DNA from: Bacteroidia bacterium
Lineage (GTDB): Bacteria; Bacteroidota; Bacteroidia; AKYH767-A; OLB10
NCBI GenBank assembly: GCA_049431185.1
Contig: JBMTLM010000001.1
Location: forward strand, 1 to 24,817
Reading direction: 5' to 3'
Length of the DNA stretch: 24,817 nt
Below are positions 24,386 to 24,817 of the stretch, piece by piece (position 1 is the first letter of the stretch; every line of letters starts with the position of its first letter). A program made the position numbers and the translations under genes. The notes under the pieces were generated by a model. That model had not been told where the DNA came from. It was given only the letters and a program-made list of their open reading frames with translations, and did not search any database.

Positions 24386-24817
24386 TTGAATCCAAATCTC
24401 GATCCATCCACTACTTCCCAACAGGGTATCGACAAGGAATTGGAGAAAGTGCTTCGCCCTGTTGAGTTCGGTGATTTTACCGGACAGGACAAGGTGGTGG
24501 AGAATTTGATCGTCTTCGTGCAGGCTGCACAAAAGCGATCTGAATCATTGGACCATGTCTTGTTGCATGGACCTCCCGGCCTTGGCAAAACCACGTTGGC
24601 CAACATCATCGCAAATGAATTAGGTGTCAACATTCGTGTCACATCGGGTCCGGTTTTGGATAAGCCTGGCGACTTGGCCGGATTGCTCACTAACCTGGAG
24701 CCTAACGATGTTTTGTTCATCGATGAGATCCATCGATTGAGCCCAGTGGTGGAGGAGTATCTCTATTCTGCCATGGAGGATTTCCGAATCGACATCATGA
24801 TTGACAGTGGCCCTAAC
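24386..24817 (+). CDS. ruvB: Holliday junction branch migration helicase RuvB (5' part, runs off the right edge)
   Basis: Not in the ORF track. TTG start (in-frame TAA at 24371) reads MNPNLDP...[12 protein letters not shown]...[20 protein letters not shown]...[19 protein letters not shown]...[24 protein letters not shown]. Confidence 0.97.
   Translation, partial: MNPNLDPSTTSQQGIDKELEKVLRPVEFGDFTGQDKVVENLIVFVQAAQKRSESLDHVLLHGPPGLGKTTLANIIANELGVNIRVTSGPVLDKPGDLAGLLTNLEPNDVLFIDEIHRLSPVVEEYLYSAMEDFRIDIMIDSGPN

Noticed and set aside
23743-24720. Minus-strand ORFs of 194, 73 and 118 aa, and a plus-strand 60-aa ORF at 24283
   Set aside because: Antisense or off-frame to WD40 and ruvB. The 24283 ATG is only 2 nt after the -7 box and the ORF overlaps ruvB.

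Overview
Chromosomal window from a Bacteroidota bacterium. The evidence is two type IX secretion (T9SS) C-terminal sorting domains, many TAnnTTTG-type -7 promoter boxes and no obvious Shine-Dalgarno motifs; finer taxonomy cannot be resolved by eye. Most of the window is housekeeping: purD, a propionyl-CoA carboxylase beta subunit, a DAHP synthase-chorismate mutase fusion, an M48 lipoprotein peptidase, bifunctional PGI/PMI, an aldo/keto reductase, lipB, a serine hydrolase, mce, a DUF4139 protein, a rhomboid, a WD40 protein and the 5' part of ruvB (TTG start, absent from the ORF track). Two accessory-looking blocks stand out. The first (about 6.95-10.3 kb) is an AT-richer block encoding an 891-aa T9SS cargo with SprB-like repeats. 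The second (about 15-20.3 kb) holds an orphan SbtA/DUF897-family bicarbonate transporter, a T9SS-secreted protein whose N-terminal domain matches the iodothyronine deiodinase motifs with Cys in place of Sec, a frameshifted small membrane gene, and a blh plus green-tuned DTE proteorhodopsin pair carrying the Gly fenestration residue linked to carotenoid antenna binding. Non-coding observations include four genes whose ATG lies exactly 5 nt after a -7 box (candidate leaderless mRNAs), a two-part 8-mer/7-mer repeat between convergent genes, and a strong terminator between the rhodopsin and blh. All family assignments come from motif recognition by eye, not database searches. No rRNA, tRNA, CRISPR array or mobile element was recognised.
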